Below the pieces are notes generated by a model. The model was given only the letters and a program-made list of their open reading frames with translations, was not told the DNA's origin and ran no database searches. DNA of 63,309 nucleotides, counting the filler, from Stramenopiles sp. TOSAG23-3 (taxonomy: Eukaryota): assembly GCA_900128585.1 (NCBI GenBank). It is 13 parts of 13 records of this genome, joined end to end, with 100 filler letters (N's around TTAATTAATTAA, not from the genome) between each part and the next. Parts side by side here need not be neighbours in the genome. Positions count along the whole stretch, not along the records: positions 1 to 5,941 come from LT643412.1; positions 6,042 to 11,971 come from LT643413.1; 11 more parts are not named here. One strand, given 5' to 3'. This document shows positions 1 through 10,209 of this stretch, piece by piece. Position 1 is the first letter of the stretch, and the number at the start of each line of letters is the position of its first letter. The translations under genes were made by a program, and so were the position numbers.

Positions 1-63
1 CGGTGGAAGCAAAGTCAGCGCGGAATCTTCTCCACGATGATCCATTTTGGACGACGACGCCAT
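1..63 (-). CDS. 5' end of an unidentified host gene running off the window (MASSSKMDHRGEDSALTLLPP...)
   Basis: On the minus strand AAAAAAAATGGCG gives an ATG at 63, and the frame stays open to position 1. Composition is GC-richer than the adjacent helicase ORF. Confidence 0.45.
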   Translation of the reverse strand, partial: MASSSKMDHRGEDSALTLLPP

Positions 64-2611
64 TTTTTTTGGATCGGACCGGCACCCTATATTAGTTCTG
101 TGCCCCTATAGACTTTTAGTCATACAAATTTTTGAAGAATGGAGGGAAGAAGCAGAGAGGAGTAATATTAGAATCAGGAATTTGATGATAGGAGCTCTTC
201 GTGGTTACCCTAACTCTACAACGGATCCTGCTGTAATTCGAGAAACTTATGATTCCCTTTTAAGAAGGAACGATGCAGATCAGGATTTGCGTGTAATATT
301 TTGTACGTACAAGAGTTGCGATAGGTTGTTTAATGAAGGGAGGAATAGATTCCAATTTAGCTTAGTTGTATATGATGAAGCTCATCATTGTTGCAATGTT
401 ACGATCCGAAGAAATGTAAATAACAATAGGAACGTAAACATTAGAAGAGATGGAAGGAATCTGAGGAATCTGCCATTTAGGAGCACTGAGGAGAATCTAA
501 TTGCAGCAAAGTTTCGCCTCTTTATGACGGCAACGCCTAAAACTTGTGGTGACGAAAGAAGAAGTATGGACAACATTGAAACCTATGGACAATATGCATA
601 TCCTAATAGGTATACTTTCAGAAACGCCATTGATGACAATGCCTTGGTCCCACTTCGACCTGTGTATTTGGATATGGGTACGGAAAACGCAAGAGCGCTA
701 TTGAAGAGGGCGATTGGCAATGATGAGTTATGGTTGGTCCCAGAAGATCTTCGTAACGACGAAGACAGCGACGACGACGAAAATGGCTATTTCACGCCTC
801 GTGAATTTACTGCGGCTTTAGCATTGGTTGCAAAATTGGCTGACATGACATTTGAGCATGTAATTACATATCATGGAACCAGGGCGAAGGCAAAGCGATT
901 CAGTATATTGGTGAGGAATGTTATACATCAGCGTATGGAAGACAATGATCCTCTTTTTACAAATGAGAATTTTATCTCACAATACTTATATGGTGATATG
1001 TCAAATGCTGATAGAATGCGTTATATTCGCGAGTTCGAAGAGTCTGAAATGGGTGTTCTATGCTCTTGTCAAGTTTTAAATGAAGGCATCAACATACCTG
1101 TAGTGGATACAATTATGTTCGTTGATCCACGACAGGAAGAGGCAAATATTGTTCAATGTGTCGGTCGTGCAATTCGGTTATACTCCTATCCACAAATTAA
1201 CTTCAATGCACAAATTCAGCATCAAGAAGATGATCAAGGAGATGAACTTTTAAGTTTGACTACCCAGAATCAATTACCTCCCCGTGTTAAGACAGGGGCA
1301 GGACTCCATATCCGGTATAGAGGTAACAAATATCATGTGGTCGTAAACGAACGTGTAGATGACCATATTATTACCTTATGCAGCGACAAGATTAAATGTT
1401 ACAACAACGAACGGCAACTTTTTATATCCTGTAATAATATTCCCGTTCGTCTGGCTGAGTCTGGAGCAAATGTTTGCATTATTCGTCGCGTAAAGACCCG
1501 TGGAAATGTTGCATTACCAGTCGAAGAAACTGATAACGAATTACATGGCTTTGAAACATTGACACACACAATAGCAGCATTGCAACACCATTTTAATTCC
1601 ATTATATTTCATGCCACTCTCCGATTTGAAAGATTTCCAAGGCCACCACCACATAATGGTAATCCCGACTTGATAAATCGCCCAAGACGTGAAATAAATG
1701 ACGATGTGTTAAGAATGCTCCGCAATGTAACATTTAGAATTATTCGAAATGATTTGCTTGAGCTTGAGACAACAATAGACATTAATCGTTCAGAATTTGA
1801 TCGTGTGTTTGATCGTGTGAATGATAGAGATGTAGAATCCTTTTACAGAATGGTACATGCGGGGAGAAGGCAAAGAGACCAACTGGGGTTTGATGGAATA
1901 ACAAATGCTATTGATGTTAAACAAAAATTGTTGAACGAGGCAAATTTCTTTCACCATGCAGCAAATTCTGCTGATGTAGAAGCTCTTCAATTTGCGTTGG
2001 GCCATCCAACGTTTACAAACCAAACACGGGAAGAAAAGTTTTACATTATTAATCAGAGAAATGAATCCACATACAATGACACTCCATTGGATCGATTGTG
2101 TACTTCAAAGAAGAGTAAAGGGAATAGAAGAAGAGAAGTTGAAGCTATAAGATTATTAGTTGAAAATGGCGGTCTGTCAAAATATACATTAAACGGTTTT
2201 CCTTTGCTCACTATTGCCGCATATGGAGATCGCATATTAAATGATCATCTAAATCTTTTTAGACACATATGTAGTGACGTTCATGCATTTATAGACGAAG
2301 AATTTCTGCCCCAAACAGACCAAAATGAATGGAATGTATTCCATGCTGCTGCAAAAAGTAATTATTGGAATTCCAATATGTTCCGTCTTCTCATCGACAA
2401 AGCACAGAGATTGGGATACATAAACATGGTTAATGATCGAAGTAGGAGGGGCCCAAATTTTACTCCAAGGGAGAAGCTTGAATCTACAATCTATTTTCAC
2501 AGAATTAGACACAATGGAACTTACCAGGAGATGAGTGATTTATTACAGCCACATGAAAGAAATGTGGGACAAGGAAGACAAAGAGGAAGACGAAGACAAA
2601 GAGGAAGATGA
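47..2611 (+). pseudogene. 5'-truncated SF2 DExH helicase (ResIII/type-ISP-like) with C-terminal ankyrin-like repeats
   Basis: Motifs Ia ILVLCPYRLLVIQ, Ib FCTYKS, II VYDEAHH, III FMTATPK, V VLNEGINIP and VI IVQCVGRAIR are present. Walker A is missing, there is an in-frame TGA at 38-40, and the ORF starts at TTG. Ankyrin-like segments: DTPLDRLC..IRLLVENGG and WNVFHAAA..FRLLI. Confidence 0.75.
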
Positions 2612-2780
2612 AGACGAAGATGATGAAAAGAAGCCAGTGTTAGAGGGCCCTAAAGTAATTGAAATAAATAGTGAAAAATCATTTAACGAATTGAAAGAAA
2701 ATAATAAAGATAAAATTAAATTTGTTGTTGATTTTTACTGCATCATGGTTATTGTTTGTAAAATAGAATCTAATCTTGAA
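2570..2780 (+). pseudogene. Thioredoxin-like gene fragment (acidic linker plus Trx N-terminus), frameshifted
   Basis: Reads KVIEINSEKSFNELKENNKDKIKFVVDF. Removing one T from the T5 run near 2732-2736 gives VDFTASW, and the WCxxCK site is decayed. Confidence 0.55.
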
Positions 2781-3180
2781 TAATTATATTTTAGGTTCCA
2801 CAACCGCATTTTGCTCCAGCATTTGGATTTTCAAAGTGAAAACTTTCTCCCATTGTTCACATACTTATTTCACAAACAACTACTTTGATGTCGAGTATTG
2901 GAACTCTGGTAATCAAAATATATACACCATAATTTACGAAGTATTTAAAAGGAGAACGAACCAGCCGTTGAACAAAGAACATAATTTTGTTTTTTTTGGC
3001 GTTCGTTTGCAGGGCCATGTTGTGGGCTGCCATTCGGACCTCTATTGTTATTTGTCTTTGGTGTTTTGTTGAGGGTTTTTTGTAGGGTTAGTGGGGTTTT
3101 TTGTAGCTCAGTTATTATAATCTCCTCAGTTTCTGTTTCAAAGATTTGGGTGCTTTTAGTATGGTATTTATATTTCTTCC

Positions 3181-3483
3181 TCACTTTCTACTTCCGAAAC
3201 ATGTAGCACATGCTTGGTGGCAATTTGATGCGGACCTCGTCCCTTTCTCCATTGGGAAGCCATAGACTGTACGTCGATAAGGGCCACGCACCGATTGCAT
3301 CGCGCACACCGCCATTAGTTTGATTGAAACCAGCTCGAACACCAGCCATCCTTCACTTGTACGCCCTTCGTAGGCAAATACATCACCGGCGTCGCCTCTG
3401 TCATCGGTGGCATGAGCAAATGTATCGCCAATAGAAGCGAACAGTGCTGGTACTGCGTCTTCGCATTCGGCGAGTTTGTTCAT
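3181..3483 (-). CDS. Small hypothetical protein (~100 aa), divergent from the 690-aa ORF
   Basis: Open frame from ATG at 3483 (MNKLAEC...). No family recognised. Confidence 0.35.
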   Translation of the reverse strand: MNKLAECEDAVPALFASIGDTFAHATDDRGDAGDVFAYEGRTSEGWLVFELVSIKLMAVCAMQSVRGPYRRTVYGFPMEKGTRSASNCHQACATCFGSRK

Positions 3484-3720
3484 CTCTTTTGTTGTGCGTG
3501 TTTGTGCTACAGCCATTTAGTAGTAGTTTTCATTGGCAAAATTTGCTCAGTTTTTTTGTTACCTCAAGAAAACATCACGCACAAGCAGCAAATACCAATT
3601 ATACTAAACACCCTCGCATCACATACCAATGGTACCCAACACCAAATACTCAACACCAATCCTACCGAACACCAATTTTAGCAAAAACCCACCCACGCTT
3701 CCAACGTAACGATCAAAAAC

Positions 3721-5793
3721 ATGGAGGCTGCTTGCGCGAGTATCTACAACGTGGATCCTGCCAAAGTGAAGTATTGCTTCGAGCAGGGATTTTCTTTGGG
3801 ACTGTCGCTTAATGATTGTGGTTACCGGTTTGTTGCAAAGTGTCGGAACATTAGCAATTGTTTGAAAGCATTCGCGTATATTTACAACATTCCATGCAAA
3901 AACACCATCTTTTCAACGCTACGATCGATTCAGCAAACGTGCATAACATTCAAAGGTGCAAACGTGAAGCCGACTGTCTCGCCAAAGCTTCCTCCGGTTC
4001 ACATAAACCTTCGAATTCCCACCCTTCAAGAGCTCGAAACCGCCATCCAAGCGCGGGCAGACATCCCATTTCACATCGAACATGCACCAAATTTATTGTT
4101 CACCCCCAAACGTCAGACCGTGCGTTCCTTTCAGCGAAAAATATCCTCTGGCAAAATGTTCCCTTCGTTGAAGGAATTGTGGCACTTGACAAAACAAAAT
4201 GATGCGAGGGAGTTTGCGACATATTGTTTGCAGGATCCCCATGCTCCCACGTTGGTTCATATGTCCCTCTGTGCCTTACGCGTGGCGATGGCAAATGCCC
4301 CTGCAAAAGAAATGCCTAAACCACCAGTGCTGATTGGCCCAACGATTGAGCCAGTGGTGAAAACGCTCGTACAGGTGGTCTCTGAGTTACATGGGCGCAA
4401 CCAAGCCAGGTACATTCAAATCCTGCTGCCGGCGCTGCTCTCGTACTGGTTCTCATGCAGGCAAACCAATAGCTACCTTTTCAAGACCATCTCGAAGACG
4501 GAGTATAATAAGCGCAAAGAACTGGTGGCGTTGCCCATGCTCATGTTTGGCATCCATTTGATTGTTCACGAGGATCATACCTACCAGCTGACAAAAACAG
4601 AAACCAAAACTACAAACGGTATGGCAAAAAGGGCTGACATTGACTGGTACGAAGAAGAAATTTATGCAAGGCTCCCGTATGCCAAAGAATTGCTGCCGCT
4701 GATTTTATGTTCCTACAATCTTCTTACACTCAATAAGATTCCAGAGGCTCCAGAGGAGCGGCGATACATTTCAAATCACTACGGTCCTTTTGAGGGTGGT
4801 TATCGCGTGCTCTCCTTCCACAATTTTCCTCTCATTTTACCGTTTTACCGATTCGGAAGCACATCCTTCCTAACACCACCGCATAAAACACCCTACGTGA
4901 AACAAAGCGCGGCGGATATCTTGAAGAACACACCGTACGCGTTGCAAAGAAGCTGGACCTCCAACGCGAAGCTTTCTGCATACCAAATCAATCCCATGCG
5001 CATGCCTAACGCAGCCAAAATGGAAGATTACGTCGTGCCTTCAAACGACGGGAAGTGCAATGCGGTGAGGGTGTCGATGAGTATTTTGGAGCAGGTGGTG
5101 ACGGATATGGTGGACGAAAAGTGCCTTTTTTTACGTGCCACGTACACAGTTGTTGATAGCAATCGCAAACGGAAGGTGTCGCTCTTTCCAAAGAATATTT
5201 ACAAACCGTTGGAAGCAAACCTGGAATTGTACACGCACCCCTTGAAAGCAAAGTATCTTGGGAGGTACCACACCGGCTCAAACATGCTTGAAGTGAATGC
5301 CGAGCTCGATATCCCCTGCTTGCGCGACTTGAACGAGGTCAAACTAAAGGCTCTGATGCGCAACGAAGCTCATATTTGTAAGAAGGTGTTAAAAACAAAC
5401 TACAATGCCTTCTTGAAGCACGGAGAGTTGAACGAATTCTCGAAACTCACCTCTCGCATGTACCGGAGTGTTCTGGTCGAACGCTTAAGTGCGCACCCGT
5501 GTTTAAAGCCTGGTGTTAAGTATACTGGGTTCGTTGCGCCGACGGATACCACCGGTCACCTAAAAGTACGCTGCGCAGACATGACGAAACTCAACATTGC
5601 AAATGGTGAACAAACCGCGCAGTTGATCGTGGTGAATGACTTTTACGACGCGCTTGAAAGAATGCGAGAATACCAAAAACAGTTGGATGTCCTTCCCAGC
5701 TCGTTCCGCGTGAAATTGGTGGAAATGGAGGGCTTTGTGAAAGAAGCTAAAGAGAGGTGGCGTGTTAAGTTTGGGAAACGAAAAAGGGAGTAG
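3721..5793 (+). CDS. 690-aa hypothetical protein, possibly with a degenerate tyrosine-recombinase-like domain
   Basis: Long intronless ATG-initiated ORF (the ORF itself is secure). The spacing of YWFSCRQ / TETKT / PFYRFGST / AADILKNTPYALQRSW loosely resembles YR catalytic boxes, so the family call is weak. Confidence 0.5.
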   Translation: MEAACASIYNVDPAKVKYCFEQGFSLGLSLNDCGYRFVAKCRNISNCLKAFAYIYNIPCKNTIFSTLRSIQQTCITFKGANVKPTVSPKLPPVHINLRIPTLQELETAIQARADIPFHIEHAPNLLFTPKRQTVRSFQRKISSGKMFPSLKELWHLTKQNDAREFATYCLQDPHAPTLVHMSLCALRVAMANAPAKEMPKPPVLIGPTIEPVVKTLVQVVSELHGRNQARYIQILLPALLSYWFSCRQTNSYLFKTISKTEYNKRKELVALPMLMFGIHLIVHEDHTYQLTKTETKTTNGMAKRADIDWYEEEIYARLPYAKELLPLILCSYNLLTLNKIPEAPEERRYISNHYGPFEGGYRVLSFHNFPLILPFYRFGSTSFLTPPHKTPYVKQSAADILKNTPYALQRSWTSNAKLSAYQINPMRMPNAAKMEDYVVPSNDGKCNAVRVSMSILEQVVTDMVDEKCLFLRATYTVVDSNRKRKVSLFPKNIYKPLEANLELYTHPLKAKYLGRYHTGSNMLEVNAELDIPCLRDLNEVKLKALMRNEAHICKKVLKTNYNAFLKHGELNEFSKLTSRMYRSVLVERLSAHPCLKPGVKYTGFVAPTDTTGHLKVRCADMTKLNIANGEQTAQLIVVNDFYDALERMREYQKQLDVLPSSFRVKLVEMEGFVKEAKERWRVKFGKRKRE

Positions 5794-5941
5794 TATGTGT
5801 TATTTATTATTATTATATCTCGCTGGTTTTTATTATTTATTATCATCTTCTTTATTACGCCTTATTCATACGCGCCTAGAAAAATCGGAAATCCACCATT
5901 TTAAAAAAATAGATTCTTTTTCAAATAAATCCTTAAAAATA

Positions 5942-6041
5942 NNNNNNNNNNNNNNNNNNNNNNNNNNNNNNNNNNNNNNNNNNNNTTAATTAATTAANNN
6001 NNNNNNNNNNNNNNNNNNNNNNNNNNNNNNNNNNNNNNNNN
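5942..6041. other. Artificial contig spacer (N44-TTAATTAATTAA-N44). Identical spacers at 11972-12071, 17991-18090, 24005-24104, 30017-30116, 36025-36124, 42033-42132, 48033-48132, 54019-54118, 59985-60084, 61094-61193 and 62202-62301
   Basis: The same six-frame stop linker occurs 12 times between N runs. Confidence 0.98.
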
Positions 6042-7422
6042 AATTGGAAGCGTTGAATCTTGAATTAGTACCAGTTACGTAAACAGCCCCCCCTTTATTT
6101 ACTGTTTCTGTGCTTGCATCCCCCCCCGTCAAGTTCAAATACTTCACCACCAGCTCTCCGCCGCTCTCGACTTTGAACAAACGGTTCGACCCGCCGCCGA
6201 TGATTTTTGGCAGGTTTCCTTGGGCGTCTGGAATCCCGGTGATGTTCAACGAGCCGGTGACGACGATTTGACTGTACAGGATGCAATCGCTGGAGATGGT
6301 GGCGCTCCCGCTGGTGGGAATATCGCAAGTGGTTGAAATATTAAGGTACGGGCCGCAACCGTGGGCGTTGCAGGCTTGAGCTGCTATCTCAACTTCACTG
6401 AATGGTAATTCCGTAACCATGACAGCCTGTTGGTCTGACTTCAATGCAGACAAAATCCCTAATTTGTTCAGCTTCATCGCCCCTGCATTAGCACTAGCTG
6501 TGGAAGTTGTATAACGAGTCGCAGCTTGATTACTACTGCTTAAGTCAATCATGCCATCACTATCACTCCATGTATTTTTGTTCGTAATTGCAGGAATATA
6601 ACAACGCTTCAAGTTAGAATTCGTCTCACATGTAAGGGAATGCAAACCATTGGCTATTTGTGTACTTGAACGTGCCTCGTGCCAAATTTTTACAAATGCA
6701 ATTTCTCCCTCGAATCCACCTACTGCTGCCGCTGAATTGGCTCGAGTAGTGAAAAAATTTGGACCACCATTCCCTGAACCTGAATATTTTACCTGACCAA
6801 CGGAAGCGAACGAAGACCAAGAGCCTGCAACTTCGCCGTCGACGTATAATGTGATTGATGTAGGTGTGAATACACCAGCGATATGATGCCATTTGTTAGC
6901 TTTTGGGCTTGCTATATCAACACCGCATAAACCTTTCTGAGCGGCCTGCCCTCCCTGATACTGTCCATTCGCTGAGCTACAATCTCCTGCAACGTGCCAC
7001 CGACCACCATGTAAACCTAAGACGTTAGGGTTAGGATAATTTATTCTAATCATCGTCTCTCCGCCACCATAACCACCTGAACTAAATACCATAGCGGCTT
7101 CTTTGTATCGCAATAACGCCTCGACTGTGATATTATTTGTATTACCTAAACCTGTTGTTGAAGTAGTAAGAATTGTCCCCTTGGGCACTTGTAAAGATTG
7201 AGTTGGACACCAAGTTGATAAACACCCTTGGGTTGCCATTGTGTAATTATAATGCGTCACTGCACTCCCCCCATCGTCCACCGGAGGCTCTACCGTCACT
7301 TCCAGCGTATTGTCGTCGATAATACGAATTCTTGCAGACTGTGGTGGTCCCGGCACGCCGGCATGCACAGAAATGCAAAGACAGGCGAGCAGTAATAAAA
7401 TAGGGAGTGTGTACGACTTCAT
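6042..7422 (-). CDS. Secreted/surface protein: signal peptide, split FN3 domain, LamG/concanavalin-like insert, start of PMP-like beta-helix repeats; 3'-truncated
   Basis: Signal MKSYTLPILLLLACLCISVHAG. FN3 N-half PGPP..LEVTVEPPVDDGGSAVTHY. LamG WHHIAGVF..LYVDGE..FEGEIAFVKIW. FN3 C-half AAQACNAHGCG. PMP-like NRLFKVESGG..LNLTGG..GGAVYV. Confidence 0.8.
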
Positions 7423-8154
7423 GGTGCAAAGAAAGAGTACGATCAACGCACTGGTAGATCTTTCTTGAACCGCGCTGGGATTCTTTCTCGCACGCTGAAA
7501 GGAACGTTTTTGATACGTACGCCGGAACTTTCGAACACCTGAAACTAGAAAACTTAAAGAACTGTCACCGGCTGGTCTTGGAGCTGCGTGGTACGAAGTC
7601 CGGTAAAGCGTTCGGTTATTGCGTAAACTTCACGGGCGCTTAAGAATTTTAGAGTATTAATACACACATTATTAAAAAAAGAAACCTTCAAAAAACAAGA
7701 AAATTGTGCCCGGTGGAAATGGGAGGGGGGTGGGGGGGGGGTGACCAACTTTGAGCAGATTCACACAGTAGGGACACAGTATTATATATTTAAACAATTG
7801 TCATCGACAAGTGCAACTACGAGACATCAAAAACTTCTAAAATATAACCTCTTTTTAAGTCGTCCTCTATCATTATAATAATAATAAAAAAAAGAGTAGT
7901 ATTTTATCTGTAATAACTGGCGGCTACCGCAGTTGTTGGGATTTTGTCGCAACACTACGCAACCAATTCAGTTTATCTGAAGTTTAATTAAGTACATGTT
8001 TCCGTAAAGTATTCTGGTCAATCCGAATAGGGTCTACAAAAAAGTTGTACTTGTAACGCGTCTAATAGGAAGTACAGATGTGCAGACTGTTAATAAGTCT
8101 TTTCTCTGATGAAAGATTGAAGAATGGATGGATGATGATGATGAAATGAGATGA

Positions 8155-8292
8155 ATTTTTTTTCTTTTTTTTTCTTCCTCTTTTCTTCTTCTTCTTCTCT
8201 TCTTCTTCTTCTTTCTTCTTTCTTCTCTTTCTTCTTCTTCTTTTCTTCTTCTTCTTCTTCTTCTTCTTTTCTTCTTCTTTTCTTCTCCTCTC
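8155..8292. repeat. Degenerate (TTC)n polypyrimidine tract
   Basis: Directly visible. Confidence 0.9.
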
Positions 8293-8553
8293 ACAGCCAG
8301 ATTGTTTTGGATTATTGGATGCTGGGGAAGGAGAGTTCCATGGCGAGCAGTCTCTTTAAAAATGGTGAAACTTCCCTTCTTTCTGTTTAAAATTGTACGT
8401 ATTCATGCATTATTGTTATAATAAGAAATTGTTTCCTATCTTATAGAAGAAACAGCGCGACCAACAGCCAATCGATTATATACTGAACAACTATAAGAAT
8501 CGTCTGCCCTACTGGAAAGTCGAGCGAGAGAGGGAGAGAGAGGGAGAGAGAGA

Positions 8554-10209
8554 ATGAGTGCTCGCAAGACAGTCGCCAACGCCGTCGGGGCTGCACTGAA
8601 TAAGAAGCAACGGAAGAGGCAGCTAATGAAAGAAGTTTGGGCGATCCGTAAATCGAACAAAAAACACCGCAAGGCCTCTGATAAAAAGGATCAAGCGGCT
8701 GATGCCCCGCAGCTAAATGGTGAGCCCAGCCGTGGCCAAATACGTCGCGCGAAGCTCAAAGAGGAATTTTTGAAACGAATCGAGAGGTCGCCGACAGTCC
8801 TGATAGATTTAGACTTTGAAGAGCAACTTTCAGACAAAGAAAAAAATAGTTTGGCGCAGCAAATTATGTATTGCTACGGAATGAATAAGAAAACAGATCG
8901 ACCGGTTCAAATGCACTTATCGTCCGTGCGCGGGGTCACGGAGACGTACCTAAAAAAGATTCCTGGTTTTCCAGAGTCTTGGGTTGGAGTGAAAGCCGAC
9001 GATAAACCGTATCTGACAACGTTCAAGGACAGGCGCGATTCGTTGGTTTACTTGACTGCAGATTCGCCAAATGTTATCGATAACTTAGACAATGACAAAA
9101 TTTACATTCTTGGGGGCATAGTAGACAGAAATCGTCTGAAAAATATTACCAAAGACAAGGCAGCTGAACAACACATCAAAACAGCCCGTTTCCCCCTGAA
9201 CAAATATTGTAAGATGGGCGTTGGGTCGAATGTCCTCACAATAAACCACTGCTTTGATATACTCTTGGCGCGCTTGGCTTCTGCAGACTGGCCCAGTGCA
9301 TTTTGCCGAGTTATTCCTACTCGGAAAGATTTGATGTTGCGAGATGAGTACAAAGATAAATACGCTTCGATGTTAGGCACGTTTGCCGCGCCCAAGGACT
9401 GCAAGCCTTCAAGAAGTGGGGAGGAAACGTCTGGCGCACGCCCAGAAGGGGGTGCTACTAAACTCACTGCGGCCGTTATTGGAGCCTCCAGCGGCATTGG
9501 GCTTGGGTTCGCAAAAGTACTGTACAAGCGCGGGTACGATGTGCTCATGGTAGGTAGGTCGGCAGCAAAGTTGGGGACGGCATCTGAGGAAGTACGTCGT
9601 GGATTGGAGACGGGTGGAAAAGTCTACACTTTTGTAGCAGATTGTGCTACTAAACGGGACTGTTACCTTTTAAGAGATTTTGTTAAAGCATCGTTTGGAA
9701 AAGGTAGAGGAAAACTTTCCTGCCTCGTCAATTCTGCCGGCACGTTTAAATGGGACAAAGATGTGCCTGCTGGGGAAGACCCAGCGGAGTATTTAAAAGC
9801 ATCGAATTACACAACAAAGCAAAATGTCTTGCAAATGCTGGTGCCGTTTCTCCTTCGCAAAAACTACAGCGATCTTCAAAATTCCGACGGCAAGACGTTC
9901 GATGATCTCCCGCGCGTAATATTGGTCGGTTCCCAAGCAGGGCAACCGAACTTTGTGGAAGAAATAGAAAAAAAAGAGGGGAAAGGCGCCGCAGATGGCG
10001 AGCTTGGGTACATCAATGCAATGTCGGCACTCCGTACATGGGCCATTAGGATGAAAGATTCTTTGGGGAGAAAAGGAATACACATTCAGTTGCTAGAACC
10101 TGGATTAATCGACACTGCCATGGCAAGAAAAGAATTCAGCCATTTTGGGATAGATTGGTCAAACATACAAAAGCCCGTAGATTTTGCAAAGAGTGCCATC
10201 GATTATTAA
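8554..10209 (+). CDS. TRM10: Trm10-family tRNA m1R9 methyltransferase (SPOUT) fused to a short-chain dehydrogenase/reductase domain
   Basis: Trm10 motifs SLAQQIMYCYG, LVYLTADS, YILGGIVDRNR, KTARFP and VLTINH. SDR motifs VIGASSGIG, LVNSAG, VILVGSQAG and LLEPGLIDTAM. One uninterrupted frame. Confidence 0.9.
   Translation: MSARKTVANAVGAALNKKQRKRQLMKEVWAIRKSNKKHRKASDKKDQAADAPQLNGEPSRGQIRRAKLKEEFLKRIERSPTVLIDLDFEEQLSDKEKNSLAQQIMYCYGMNKKTDRPVQMHLSSVRGVTETYLKKIPGFPESWVGVKADDKPYLTTFKDRRDSLVYLTADSPNVIDNLDNDKIYILGGIVDRNRLKNITKDKAAEQHIKTARFPLNKYCKMGVGSNVLTINHCFDILLARLASADWPSAFCRVIPTRKDLMLRDEYKDKYASMLGTFAAPKDCKPSRSGEETSGARPEGGATKLTAAVIGASSGIGLGFAKVLYKRGYDVLMVGRSAAKLGTASEEVRRGLETGGKVYTFVADCATKRDCYLLRDFVKASFGKGRGKLSCLVNSAGTFKWDKDVPAGEDPAEYLKASNYTTKQNVLQMLVPFLLRKNYSDLQNSDGKTFDDLPRVILVGSQAGQPNFVEEIEKKEGKGAADGELGYINAMSALRTWAIRMKDSLGRKGIHIQLLEPGLIDTAMARKEFSHFGIDWSNIQKPVDFAKSAIDY

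Noticed and set aside
8034-8390. K/R/E-rich and F/S/L-rich ORFs
   Set aside because: They are translations of a (TTC)n low-complexity tract.
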